A DNA stretch of 64,000 nucleotides from Eledone cirrhosa (taxonomy: Eukaryota): the NCBI GenBank assembly GCA_964016885.1, contig OZ024759.1:11346001-11410000 (forward strand), in the 5' to 3' direction. The translations under genes and the position numbers were made by a program. Under the pieces are notes generated by a model. It ran no database searches. It had not been told where the DNA came from and worked only from the letters and a program-made list of their open reading frames with translations. The number at the start of each line of letters is the position of its first letter. The first letter of the stretch is position 1. This document shows positions 40,158 through 51,585 of the stretch, piece after piece.

Positions 40158-41080
40158 CTTGAATCTCAGTCATTGATGTTAGTTAACTGGAAAGTCCGTT
40201 GGAATGAATATCAAGCCACTACCTGCACCCTCAGATATTCAGGACGTATCGGAGGGTTCTTGCTGTTCCAAGCAAGCATGCCTTTTGAAGCGTTCCAAAA
40301 AGCGTGTAGGGGCCGATTTTCTTTAACCATCCCTGGAAACTTTTGGAGATAGTCCCCAGTGCGCCTATGACAATCGGGATCACTTTGACTTCATGGCAGT
40401 TCCAAATCCTTTTCACCTCCCACTTTAGGTCCTGGTATCGGTTAATTTTCTCCCTCTCCTTCTCTTGCACTCTCGTGTCGAACGGGCAGGCCACATCCAC
40501 AATCAGGCACGATCTTTTTTCTTTGTCCACAACCACCAGGTCAGGTCTATTGTGTTCCAGTTTTTTGTCCGTCTGTATCCTAAAATCCCACAGCACCTTC
40601 ACCTGATTGTTCTCCATCACCGCCTCTGGCCTATGCTCATACCATTTCTCAGAATGTGGTAAATTGTTTACTTTGCACAGGTGCCAGTGGATCACCCTGC
40701 CCATCACATCGTGTCTCCAGCCCTTATAGTGGGTCTGGGCTAGGTGTTTACACTCGGACACAATGTGAGCCACAGTCTCCTCTCTCTCTCCACAGATCCT
40801 GCACAGTGGGCTAGCCTCCTCCTTGTAGATATGGTGCTTCAACCACTTCGTTTTGAGGGCCTGCTCCTGTGCAGCCATTAGCATTCCTTCTGTAGCCTTT
40901 TTGAGGTCTCCTCTTCTCAACCAGTTCCATGTCTGTGGATCTCTAAATTCAGTTTTCTCAAAGAAGGTACTATGAAGGGATTTTCCCTTAAGGCTGCTCT
41001 TCCTCCTTGATGTTATTTCCTCCTTGGACATCCCCTGGCCTACTGTCCCCTCCTTCAGTACAGTTCTGAGCATTGGCTCC
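40158..41080 (-). mobile_element. R4/Dong-like non-LTR retrotransposon 3' fragment (zinc knuckle plus restriction-like endonuclease)
   Basis: ORF 40231-41073: CRIC...HIVSEC, RHD, RPDLVVVD...DVACP...K..RY; embedded in (TTA)n. Confidence 0.9.
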
Positions 41081-41125
<45 letters not shown>

Positions 41126-41375
41126 GATACTTTGATACTTCAGTCAATGTTGTTGTTATTGTTACTTTGATACTTCAGTCAATGTTATTTAACCAGATAA
41201 TTTGACTAATGAACAACAAGCCACTACTCGCAGTCTCAGATATTCAGGACATATCGGAGCATCCTTGCTGTTCCCAGTAGGCAGGCCTTCTGGAGTGTTC
41301 CCAAAAAAAGGCGGCTGGGCTAATGTGGGCTAATGTTCCTTAAACATTTTTGGCAGCTCTTCCAGATAGTACCTA
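41126..41375 (-). mobile_element. Second, degenerate R4/Dong-like 3' end
   Basis: CTCAGATATTCAGGAC...TTGCTGTTCC shared with 40230-40270. Confidence 0.75.
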
Positions 41376-41390
41376 TCATTATTATTATTA

Positions 41391-41585
41391 GGCGGTGAAT
41401 TGGCAGTATCGGTAGAGGGTCGGACACCATGCGTCTGGCTTGGTTACGGCCCTTTGTGGTCTGAGTTCAAATCCCGCCGAGGTTAACTTTGCCTTTCATC
41501 CTTACGGGGTCGATAAAATAAAGTACCAGTAATGTACTGGTTAATTGCTGGCCTTGTGCCAAAAGTAGAAACAATTATTATTATT
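41391..41585 (+). mobile_element. SINE family B, full length
   Basis: GGCGGTGAATTGGCAGTATCGG...GAGTTCAAATCCCGCC...GCCTTTCATCCTTACGGGGTCGATAAAATAAAGTACC (resembles Meta/MESC-type central domain, from memory); (TTA)n tail. Confidence 0.88.
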
Positions 41586-41613
41586 TTTTTTAATTATAAA
41601 TGTTTATTGTTTA

Positions 41614-43243
41614 TTGAGGAGAGGTATGGTAGTCCCTATATAGGGTTGAGGAGAGGTATGGTAGCCCCTATATATGGTTGAGGAGAGGTATGGTAGACCC
41701 TATATATGGTTGAGGAGAGGTATGGTAGTCCCTATATATGGTTGAGGAGAGATATGGTAGCCCCTATATATGGTTGAGGAGAGGTATGGTAGCCCCTATA
41801 TAGGGTTGAGGAGAGGTATGGTAGCCCCTATATATGGTTGAGGAGAGGTATGGTAGACCCTATATAGGGTTGAGGAGAGGTATGGTAGACCCTATATATG
41901 GTTGAGGAGAGGTATGGTAGTCCCTATATAGGGTTGAGGAGAGGTATGGTAGTCCCTATATAGGGTTGAGGAGAGGTATGGTAGCCCCTATATAGGGTTG
42001 AGGAGAGGTATGGTAGTCCCTATATATGGTTGAGGAGAGGTATGGTAGTCCCTATATAGGGTTGAGGAGAGGTATGGTAGTCCCTATATATAGTTGAGGA
42101 GAGGTATGGTAGACCCTATATATGGTTGAGGAGAGGTATGGTAGACCCTATATAGGGTTGAGGAGAGGTATGGTAGTCCCTATATAGGGTTGAGGAGAGG
42201 TATGGTAGACCCTATATATGGTTGAGGAGAGGTATGGTAGACCCTATATAGGGTTGAGGAGAGGTATGGTAGTCCCTATATATGGTTGAGCAGAGGTATG
42301 GTAGACCCTATATAGGGTTGAGGAGAGGTATGGTAGACCCTATATAGGGTTGAGGAGAGGTATGGTAGTCCCTATATATGGTTGAGGAGAGGTATGGTAG
42401 ACCCTATATAGGGTTGAGGAGAGGTATGGTAGCCCCTATATAGGGTTGAGGAGAGGTATGGTAGACCCTATATATGGTTGAGGAGAGGTATGGTAGTCCC
42501 TATATAGGGTTGAGGAGAGGTATGGTAGACCCTATATATGGTTGAGGAGAGGTATGGTAGACCCTATATAGGGTTGAGGAGAGGTATGGTAGACCCTATA
42601 TATGGTTGAGGAGAGGTATGGTAGACCCTATATAGGGTTGAGGAGAGGTATGGTAGTCCCTATATAGGGTTGAGGAGAGGTATGGTAGTCCCTATATAGG
42701 GTTGAGGAGAGGTATGGTAGACCCTATATAGGGTTGAGGAGAGGTATGGTAGTCCCTATATAGGGTTGAGGAGAGGTATGGTAGTCCCTATATAGGGTTG
42801 AGGAGAGGTATGGTAGACCCTATATAGGGTTGAGGAGAGGTATGGTAGTCCCTATATAGGGTTGAGGAGAGGTATGGTAGTCCCTATATATGGTTGAGGA
42901 GAGGTATGGTAGACCCTATATAGGGTTGAGGAGAGGTATGGTAGACCCTATATAGGGTTGAGGAGAGGTATGGTAGACCCTATATAGGGTTGAGGAGAGG
43001 TATGGTAGTCCCTATATAGGGTTGAGGAGAGGTATGGTAGTCCCTATATAGGGTTGAGGAGAGGTATGGTAGACCCTATATATGGTTGAGGAGAGGTATG
43101 GTAGACCCTATATAGGGTTGAGGAGAGGTATGGTAGTCCCTATATAGGGTTGAGGAGAGGTATGGTAGACCCTATATAGGGTTGAGGAGAGGTATGGTAG
43201 CCCCTATATAGGGTTGAGGAGAGGTATGGTAGCCCCTATATAT
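41614..43243. repeat. 32-bp minisatellite, ~51 copies
   Basis: GAGGAGAGGTATGGTAG(T/A/C)CCCTATATA(G/T)GGTT; contains palindrome ACCCTATATAGGGT. Confidence 0.97.
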
Positions 43244-43321
43244 GCATGGTGATGTTAGTGAAAAGATATGAAATATTCACATTCACACCAGCAAGAAAAA
43301 TTACTGATGAACCAGAACATT

Positions 43322-43334
43322 ACATACACACACA

Positions 43335-43419
<85 letters not shown>

Positions 43420-43422
43420 CAT

Positions 43423-43453
<31 letters not shown>

Positions 43454-43460
43454 CATACAT

Positions 43461-43519
<59 letters not shown>

Positions 43520-44453
43520 CATACACACACACGCATTTATATATAGACATATACACATACACACATATAGACATATACACACATATAGACATATACACAC
43601 ATAGAGGCATATACACGCATATAGGCATATACACACATATAGACATATACACACACATAGACATATACACATATAGACATATACACACATATAGGCATAT
43701 ACATATATAGATATATACACACATATAGGCATATACACACATATAGACATATACACACATATAGGCATATACACATATAGATATATACACATATATAGAC
43801 ATATACACACATATAGACATATGCACACATATAGACATATACACACATATAAGCATATACACACATATAGGCATATACACACATATAGGCATATACACAC
43901 ATATACACACATATAGGCATATACACATATAGATATATACACATATACATATAGATATATAGATATATACACATATAGATATATACACATATAGACATAT
44001 ACACATATAGATATATAGATATATACACATAGATATATACACATATAGATATATACACATATAGATATATAGATATATACACATAGATATATACACATAT
44101 AGACATATACACATATAGATATATACACATATAGACATATACACATATAGATATATACACATATAGACATATACACATAGATATATAGATATATACACAT
44201 AGATATATACACATATAGACATATACACATATAGATATATACACATAGACATATACACATATAGATATATACACATATAGACATATACACATATAGATAT
44301 ATAGATATATACACATATAGATATATACACATATAGACATATACACATATACACATATAGATATATAGATATATACACATATAGATATATACACATATAC
44401 ACATATAGACACATACACATATAGACATATAGATATATACACATATAGACATA
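43322..44453. repeat. CA/TA/GA composite microsatellite
   Basis: Direct reading. Confidence 0.93.
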
Positions 44454-44950
44454 TGAATGAAAGAATGAATGGCAAATTTTTCGCTTGTAAAGATCAGTGG
44501 GAAGAATTGTTGTCCTATTTCGTATGATGGCACACCTTGAGGTGGCTGTAGAGGCCAACACTGGACCTGCAGGCTCTGGTACAGTTGGGGCAAGTGTGTA
44601 CTTAGTTGGTGGTTGGGTGATGGACAGCTTTCTTCTTTGATATTTGTCTTCAGCTGCCACCTTCCTACCCTCCTCAGAGCTGGCTGGCCACTCTCCATTT
44701 CACTTTCTCTTCTCTCAGGTCTTCCCATTCGCCAAGATCAATATTGCCTTGGACTAACTGGCGCTTGAGTTTGTCCTTGAAGTGTTTTCAGGGGACCCCA
44801 TGGTTTGGCTTGTTTTGTCGTAGTTCACTGTAGAAAACTTCCTTTGTCATCCTAGAGTTGTTCATGTGCAAGACATGACCTGCCCAGTGGCGCTGTCTCT
44901 GCATCAGCATACTCTCAATGCTAGTGATATTGACCGAGAACTTCCTCATT
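44454..44950 (-). mobile_element. RTE-BovB-like LINE 3' fragment
   Basis: - strand SIESMLMQRQRHWAGHV...EVFYSEL and C-terminal TCPNCTRACRSSVGLYSHLKVC zinc finger; (ATTC)n tail. Confidence 0.8.
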
Positions 44951-44954
44951 ATTT

Positions 44955-45091
44955 ACGGCCCTTGCCATTCTGAGGAGTTCAAATCCCGCCGAGGTTAACT
45001 TTGCCTTTCATCCTTACGGGGTCGATAAAATAAAGTACCAGTAATGCACTGGGCAATTGCTGGCCTTGTGCCAAAAATAGAAACAATTATT
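44955..45091 (+). mobile_element. SINE family B, 5'-truncated
   Basis: Matches 41445-41580. Confidence 0.85.
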
Positions 45092-45340
45092 AAAGAACAC
45101 CTCAACACACTCATCCTCGTTTAAAAATCACATTGACAAATGTGGAAACAGCAACAAAAACATAACAGTCTGTAATTGAAGTCAGAGACAGAAATGTGGG
45201 CAATTCATTAATTAAGGAAGCCTTATACGTAGACACAACTCACAAATAAATTACAGGTTAGAACTCAGCACACAATACTTGACATAAAAGGACACACCCA
45301 CAACCTAAACAACGTTTCATACAAGAAAATCGATTCCATG
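45091..45340 (+). mobile_element. Degenerate Penelope-like GIY-YIG C-terminal fragment
   Basis: Frameshifted KEHLN..SSSFKNHIDKC...RDRNVGNSLIKEALY...QINYRLEL. Confidence 0.6.
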
Positions 45341-45377
45341 AAATATATATATATATATTTATTTATATATTTATTTA

Positions 45378-45778
45378 TGAAGGTGCATGGCTTAGTGGTT
45401 AGAGCATTGGGCTTGCAATCGAAAGGTTGTGAGTTCAATTCTCAGACCGGGTGATGTGTTGTTTCCTTGAGCAAGACACTTTATTTCACATTGCTCCAGT
45501 TTACTCAGCTGTAGAAATGAGATGATAGGGACTAGGGTCCCTATCATTCCACTGCAAAGTGGACGTGGAGGTGCCACGGCAAAAAAGCACCCAGCCCACT
45601 CTGTAAATGAGGTTGGTGTTAGGAAGGGCATCCAGCTGTAGAAATCAAGCCAGAATCAGTTCCCATATGAACAAGACAAGATCAGCCGACTGGTCACTGC
45701 CCACAACAGGACAAGCAGTCTAACCCATGCTAGTGTGGAAGAACGGATGTAAAACGGTGATGATGAGGATGATGATGT
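45378..45778 (+). mobile_element. SINE family A with RTE family 1 tail
   Basis: Head and body as 17204; 3' part matches 19590-19710. Confidence 0.9.
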
Positions 45779-46090
45779 ATGAAAACAGTACAGTTCCCAT
45801 GACTTTCTGAAACATTTTTTCACGCTCAGAGTTGCAGAAGCATGGAACAAACTACCTGCATCAGTTGTTAGCTGTCGAGACACTGCATCCTTTAAAACCT
45901 CCATGTTTCCCGAGATTCGCCAACACTACACCTAATGTTCCCCCTCCATACACATACACACATGTATATCATGACTTATACACTATTCACTTCCCTGACA
46001 TTTGTATATTATTCTATGTACTATACATACACCTTTGTCGAGTTGTAGTGCACCTGAGCACTTTACACAATAATTTCATTATTATTATTA
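45779..46090 (+). mobile_element. CR1-clade LINE 3' end
   Basis: HDFLKHFFTLRVAEAWNKLPASVVSCRDTASFK; (TTA)n tail. Confidence 0.8.
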
Positions 46091-46777
46091 TATATATATC
46101 TATATATCTATTTATTTATATATATATATGTGTGTGAGTGTGTATATATATGTTCTATTCACTTTCCCTATCAATAACCAGCATGTAGTTATCTGTTACT
46201 ATCTTTCTCCCACTACCTCCTTCCCAATCTTCCCCTTACTCTTATAACTTTATTTCTCTCATCTCACTATCATTGCTATCAATCTTTCATCCTCGTTGCC
46301 TCCCTTCCATCACTCTCTTGGTTATGTTGCCTTAAATGAACAGAGACCACTTAGGGTAGATAGGACTTTTTTGTCTTGCCAGGGACAAGACAACCTCTCT
46401 AGTGTGGTACTACATGAAAATGCACCCCATGCACTCTGTAATAGTTGGGCATCCAACTGTAAAACTATGTCTCAAAAAGGCCCCCATGATAAATGCAAAG
46501 CTTGTTGTGATGCCTGCAAGGCTAACCCCTGCTTTAGCAGAGGAAACTGGTGTTGAAATGTTTGAAGTTGTAGTGTATATAAATCTATTTCATATTTGAT
46601 TTCAACTGAGCTGTCACACAAGTTTTAATTTTAAAATCTCTTCAAAAAAAAAAATTGCTTATGCATATGAAAAATTGATGAATTGCGATTGAATTGTGAT
46701 TTAATTAAAGATTTTAATATGATTACATATAATTTCAGTCTTCATGTCTCCCTCTATCTGGTTTTATTATTTAAAGT

Positions 46778-46951
46778 TGGTAGATTGGCAGAAAGGCAGT
46801 GAACTGACACAGCTGTTGGAATGTCAGATAGAATACCTTGTGGTATTTGTAATGGCTCTCTGCTCCCTCAGTTCAAATTCTGCTGAGGTCAACTTTGCCT
46901 TTCATCCTTTCGAGGTCAATACAAAAATACCAGTCTAGTACTGGGGTCAAT
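46778..46951 (+). mobile_element. SINE family B, degenerate
   Basis: GTTCAAATTCTGCTGAGGTCAACTTTGCCTTTCATCCTTTCGAGGTC. Confidence 0.75.
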
Positions 46952-47112
46952 TCTTCCGCTATATCTCCTTCTCATTTCCATTCTCTCCCTCTCTAACCTT
47001 ACCTAGAAGACATCTGCTGGAGAGGAGATGGGCTCCTCTAGGTTTAAAACATGTCCTAGAATCGTTGAATGTCAATATGGCACCTTTATGACTCCATCAC
47101 GAGTTCTGGGAG

Positions 47113-47478
47113 AAGAGGGTTGCAGAATTGTTAGCTTGCCAAACAAAATGTTGTGTGGGATTAGTTCTAACTTTTATGCTGTACTAGCTACGGCAGTACA
47201 TATTCTAAAACTGGAATGATACAGGGAAGATTAGCATGGCCCCTGCGCAAGGATGACATTCAAATTCGTGAAGCATTCCATATTCCCCCGTCTAAACCCA
47301 TGCTAGCGTGGAAGATAGATGTTAAGCGAGGATGAGGAAGATGATGATGATGTTCTGTGTTCAAATCCTACTGGAGTCAACTTTGCATTTCATCCTTCAG
47401 GGGTTAATAAAATAAAGTACCACTAAAGTACTGGGGTTGATTTAAACCACCTTATCCTCCCCACAAATTGCAGGCCTT
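47113..47478 (+). mobile_element. SINE family B, interrupted by U6-RTE chimera
   Basis: 5' part 47113-47180; resumes TTCTGTGTTCAAATCC...GCATTTCATCCTTCAGGGG at 47353. Confidence 0.7.
47181..47284 (+). pseudogene. U6: Full-length U6 snRNA retrocopy
   Basis: GTACTAGCTACGGCAGTACATATTCTAAAA...GAAGATTAGCATGGCCCCTGCGCAAGGATGAC...CAAATTCGTGAAGCATTCCATATT; ACAGAGA box mutated to ACAGGGA; no T-run terminator. Confidence 0.96.
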
Positions 47479-47821
47479 TTGTTTACATATTCTCAAAACT
47501 AAATAACAAATGTTGTTGTTTAGTTTATATCTAAGACTCCTCAGTTGTGCTATAGATATAACCAGCTCCCTAGTGTCTGTGATACACCAATACACCAATT
47601 ACACTCTGTAAAGCGGTTGTTGATAGAGAAGGTATCCAGTCATAGAAAACCTGTCATTTACATATGATCCAGCACTCTACTGACTGTACTTTATCATGAC
47701 ACAAGCACTAGTGAGGTTGTCATGTCTTTGACGCAACTTAAGGGTCTTCAAAACCTTTCTCTTAGCAAGCTATTTATGGCTGACTGCTTTTCCTATCACC
47801 AACCACTTTAAAGTGTATGTA

Positions 47822-48682
47822 CGAGGTGTGTCAGAAAAGTTCCAGGACTGATGTCACAGAAGATTTATTTCAAACCCAAACTTCGCACTAACAGTTTTCT
47901 CCTTCAAAGTAATCCCCTTGGAGTCTAATGCACTTTTCCATCCTTTTCTGCCACGCTTGCTTGCACTCCTGGAAGGATTCTTCCGGGATCCTCTGCAGTT
48001 CCGTCGTCACGGCCTTTTTGATGTCGTCCACGTCTTCAAAACGGGTTCCCTCCGGGTCATACTCGAAGATCCATGACTCATCACCAGTGATGACTGTCCC
48101 TAGCAAGTCTGGTTCGGTTTCAAGACGCCCGAGGATGTCCTGGCACACTTGCATGCGTCGACCCTTCTGGTCATCGTTCAGCAGTTTTGGCACCATCTTC
48201 GCGCAGACTTTCCGCATGTCCAAATCTTCAGTGAGAATCATCCAGACGCTGTCCCGATTCATGCCCAGCTCATTTGCCATCAGTCAAACAGTCAGCCGAC
48301 GATCGCTACACACCATCTGCTTGACCTCAGTCCTGGTTGTTGAGGGCCTTCCGCTCCTAGTGTCATCTTCCATGTCCTTGCGTGACATCGTCTCCTCTCC
48401 ATACACTTGCTGCAGCAATCCCAGTGCTTCTGATGGAGTTTTCCCCAACTGTACCAGAAACATCAAGTTTGTTCGTTGCTATCTGCTCATTGCTTGACGA
48501 CCTGAAACAGAGGACATGTATATAAAGTTATGAAGAAAAAAAGTTTGATTGCTGCAGAGAGCTAAGATTACAGTTACATACTCCAGGGGGATTACTTTGA
48601 AGGAGAAAACTCTTAGTGTGAAGTTTGGGTTTGAAATAAATCTTTTGTGACATCAGTCCTGGAACTTTTCTGACACACCTCG
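47822..48682 (-). mobile_element. Internally deleted mariner transposon with ~103-bp inverted ends
   Basis: TA TSD; KVCAKMVPKLL, TGDESWIFEYDPE, GDYFEG; deletion removes the rest of the DD34D domain. Confidence 0.95.
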
Positions 48683-49457
48683 TATATGTATATATGTGTA
48701 CATCTATATATGTATATATGTACATATGTTTACATGTATATACATGTATGTATGTATACTTGTGTGTATATGTGTGTACATTTATGTATGTTTGTGTGTA
48801 TATATTTGTATCTGTATGTATGTTTGTATGTATACATGTGCGTCTATGTATGTCTACTTGTATACATGTATGTGTGTGTACGCATATATGCACGAGTAAA
48901 CATATATGCGTACACATACATACATGTCCATACATATGTTTACATGTACATATATGTATGTGTATGTGTGTATACTTGTGTGTAGATATATGTACGTGTA
49001 TGTGTGTATACTTGTGTGTATATATATATACGTGTATGTATGTTTACTTGTGTGTATATATGTGTATGTATGTATGTGTGTGTGTGTGTATAGATGTGTG
49101 TGTATGTGTGTGTATATGCATGTATATGCATGTATGTGTATGTATGTATGTATATATACATGTATGTGTATCTTGTGTGTGTGTGTATAGATGTATGTGT
49201 ATGCTGTGTGTGTGTATATACATGTATGTGTATGCTGTGTGTGTGTATGTATATACATGTATGTTGTGTGTGTGTATGTATATACATGTATTTGTATGTG
49301 TGTGTGTATACATGTATGTGTATGTATGTGTGTGCGTGTATATACATGCATGTGTAGTATGTCTATGAATGTGTGTGTGTATATAGATGTGTGTATGTAT
49401 GTATACTTGTGTGTATATACATGTAAATATATACTTGTGTATATATATATATATACT

Positions 49458-49533
<76 letters not shown>

Positions 49534-49536
49534 TAT
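48683..49536. repeat. TG/TA microsatellite
   Basis: Direct reading. Confidence 0.93.
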
Positions 49537-49873
49537 ACATGGCTTAGTGGTTAGAGCATTGGCCTTGCAATTGAAAGGTTGTGAGTTCAATTCTCAGACC
49601 GGGTGATGTGTTATTTCCTTGAGCAAGACACTTTATTTCACATTGCTCAGGTGTACTCAGCTGTAGAAATGAGATGATAGGGACTGGGGTCCCTTTCATT
49701 CCACTGCAAAGTGGTCGTGGAGGTGCCATGGCAAAAAAGCACCCAACACCCACTGTAAATGAGGTTGGTGTTAGGAAGGGCATCCAGCTGTAGAAATCAA
49801 GCCAGAATCAGTTCCCGTCCCACCCTTGCAAGCAGGGAAAAGTGGATGTAAAATGAAATGATGATGATGATGA
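49537..49873 (+). mobile_element. SINE family A
   Basis: Matches 17210-17551. Confidence 0.92.
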
Positions 49874-49889
49874 TATATATATATATATA

Positions 49890-50295
49890 TAGGAGGTGAG
49901 TTTTATTGTAGTACAATAAAGCAATGCAGATATCGGATAAGAAGCACTCTACAGTTTGTGGGACTGGAGTATGCATAATATAAGATCAAAAGATGGTTAA
50001 AGGAGTTCAATATATTTTATTATGCGCATTTCAAAAACAAACATCATCAAACAATAATATTTGTGTTTTCATCAGATAAAACAGGAGAACATGATATGAA
50101 GGCTAAAAAAACACTTGTTGATAGTGCAGTTTTAAAACTGCACTATCAACAAGTGTTTTTTTTTTAGCCTTCATATCATGTTCTCCTGTTTTATCTGATG
50201 AAAACACAAATATTATTGTTTGATGATGTTTGTTTTTGAAATGCGCATAATAAAATATATTGAACTCCTTTAACCATCTTTTGATCTTATATTAT
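49890..50295 (-). mobile_element. Fold-back element: tail 49890-49974, loopless ~160-bp palindrome centred 50133/50134
   Basis: GCAGTTTT|AAAACTGC centre; homolog of 17553-17960. Confidence 0.87.
50187..50257 (+). ncRNA. Minimal type I hammerhead ribozyme (identical mirror copy on - strand)
   Basis: TGTTTTAT-CTGATGA-16-bp stem II-GAAA-TGCGCA-TA^ATAAAATA. Confidence 0.8.
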
Positions 50296-50393
50296 ATATA
50301 TATATATATGTGCGTATGTGTAAAGACAGAGATATAAATAAACATGGCTGATGTTTTTTCCCTTTTCTAATAGTTTTGTTTGTGTTTTTCCAG

Positions 50394-50511
50394 TGAAACC
50401 ATGAGACTTGATACAGGCCTGATAATAGAAGTATGGAACAAAGGAATGTTGTGGGACAGCCTCCTTGGTCTCCATTGGCTCCCACTGCGAAAAATTCACC
50501 ATTCTAATCAG
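50394..50511 (+). CDS. unc-13: unc-13/Munc13 next exon, C2A domain: (F)ETMRLDTGLIIEVWNKGMLWDSLLGLHWLPLRKIHHSNQ
   Basis: Acceptor gtgtttttccag|T, donor CAG|gttagt; 118 nt, phase 2 to 0, splices in frame to 13492 (TT|T = Phe). Matches Munc13-1 [40 protein letters not shown] (recalled). Confidence 0.95.
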
Positions 50512-50676
50512 GTTAGTACACATTCCTAGCTTCTTTCTTTCTTTTTACTGATTTCTACCTGTTGGAGAGTCTGAGGGGATGAACCAGGGTCTGGAGGTTT
50601 GGTGGGACAAGTTTTTTCATCAGGTGGGATCTTGTTGTTGATGTTGTTATTGTTATGGTTGGCTGTAAGGAGGGAT

Positions 50677-51585
50677 GGTTTGGTGTGACAAGTTTTGTAA
50701 GGGAGGGAGGTTTGGTGTGACAAGTTTTGTAAGGGAGGGAGGTTTGGTGTGACAAGTTTTGTAAGGGAGGGAGGTTTGGTGTGACAAGTTTTGTAAGGGA
50801 GGGAGGTTTGGTGTGACAAGCTTTGTAAGGAGGGAGGTTTGGTGTGACAAGTTTTGTAAGGGAGGGAGGTTTGGTGTGACAAGTTTTGTAAGGGAGGGAG
50901 GTTTGGTGTGACAAGTTTTGTAAGGGAGGGAGGTTTGGTGTGACAAGTTTTGTAAGGGAGGGAGGTTTGGTGTGACAAGTTTTGTAAGGGAGGGAGGTTT
51001 GGTGTGACAAGTTTTGTAAGGGAGGGAGGTTTGGTGTGACAAGTTTTGTAAGGGAGGGAGGTTTGGTGTGACAAGTTTTGTAAGGGAGGGAGGTTTGGTG
51101 TGACAAGTTTTGTAAGGGAGGGAGGTTTGGTGTGACAAGTTTTGTAAGGGAGGGAGGTTTGGTGTGACAAGTTTTGTAAGGGAGGGAGGTTTGGTGTGAC
51201 AAGCTTTGTAAGGGAGGGAGGTTTGGTGTGACAAGTTTTGTAAGGGAGGGAGGTTTGGTGTGACAAGCTTTGTAAGGGAGGGAGGTTTGGTGTGACAAGT
51301 TTTGTAAGGGAGGGAGGTTTGGTGTGACAAGCTTTGTAAGGGAGGGAGGTTTGGTGTGACAAGCTTTGTAAGGGAGGGAGGTTTGGTGTGACAAGTTTTG
51401 TAAGGGAGGGAGGTTTGGTGTGACAAGTTTTGTAAGGGAGGGAGGTTTGATGTGACAAGTTTTGTAAGGGAGGGAGGTTTGATGTGACAAGTTTTGTAAG
51501 GGAGGGAGGTTTGATGTGACAAGCTTTGTAAGGAGGGAGGTTTGATGTGACAAGCTTTGTAAGGGAGGTTTAGTGTGACAAGTTT
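50677..51585. repeat. 32-bp minisatellite, ~28 copies
   Basis: GTTTGGTGTGACAAGTTTTGTAAGGGAGGGAG. Confidence 0.97.

Larger units (their letters stand above)
13493..50393 (+). other. 36,901-nt GT-AG intron of unc-13
   Basis: Bounded by the two in-frame C2A exons; no missing residues versus Munc13 C2A. Confidence 0.88.

Noticed and set aside
30397-43243. CRISPR-like 32-36 bp repeats
   Set aside because: Head-to-tail units without unique spacers, no cas genes, animal context.
47181-47284. Functional U6 gene
   Set aside because: ACAGAGA box mutated, no oligo-T terminator, upstream is SINE sequence, retro-tail attached.
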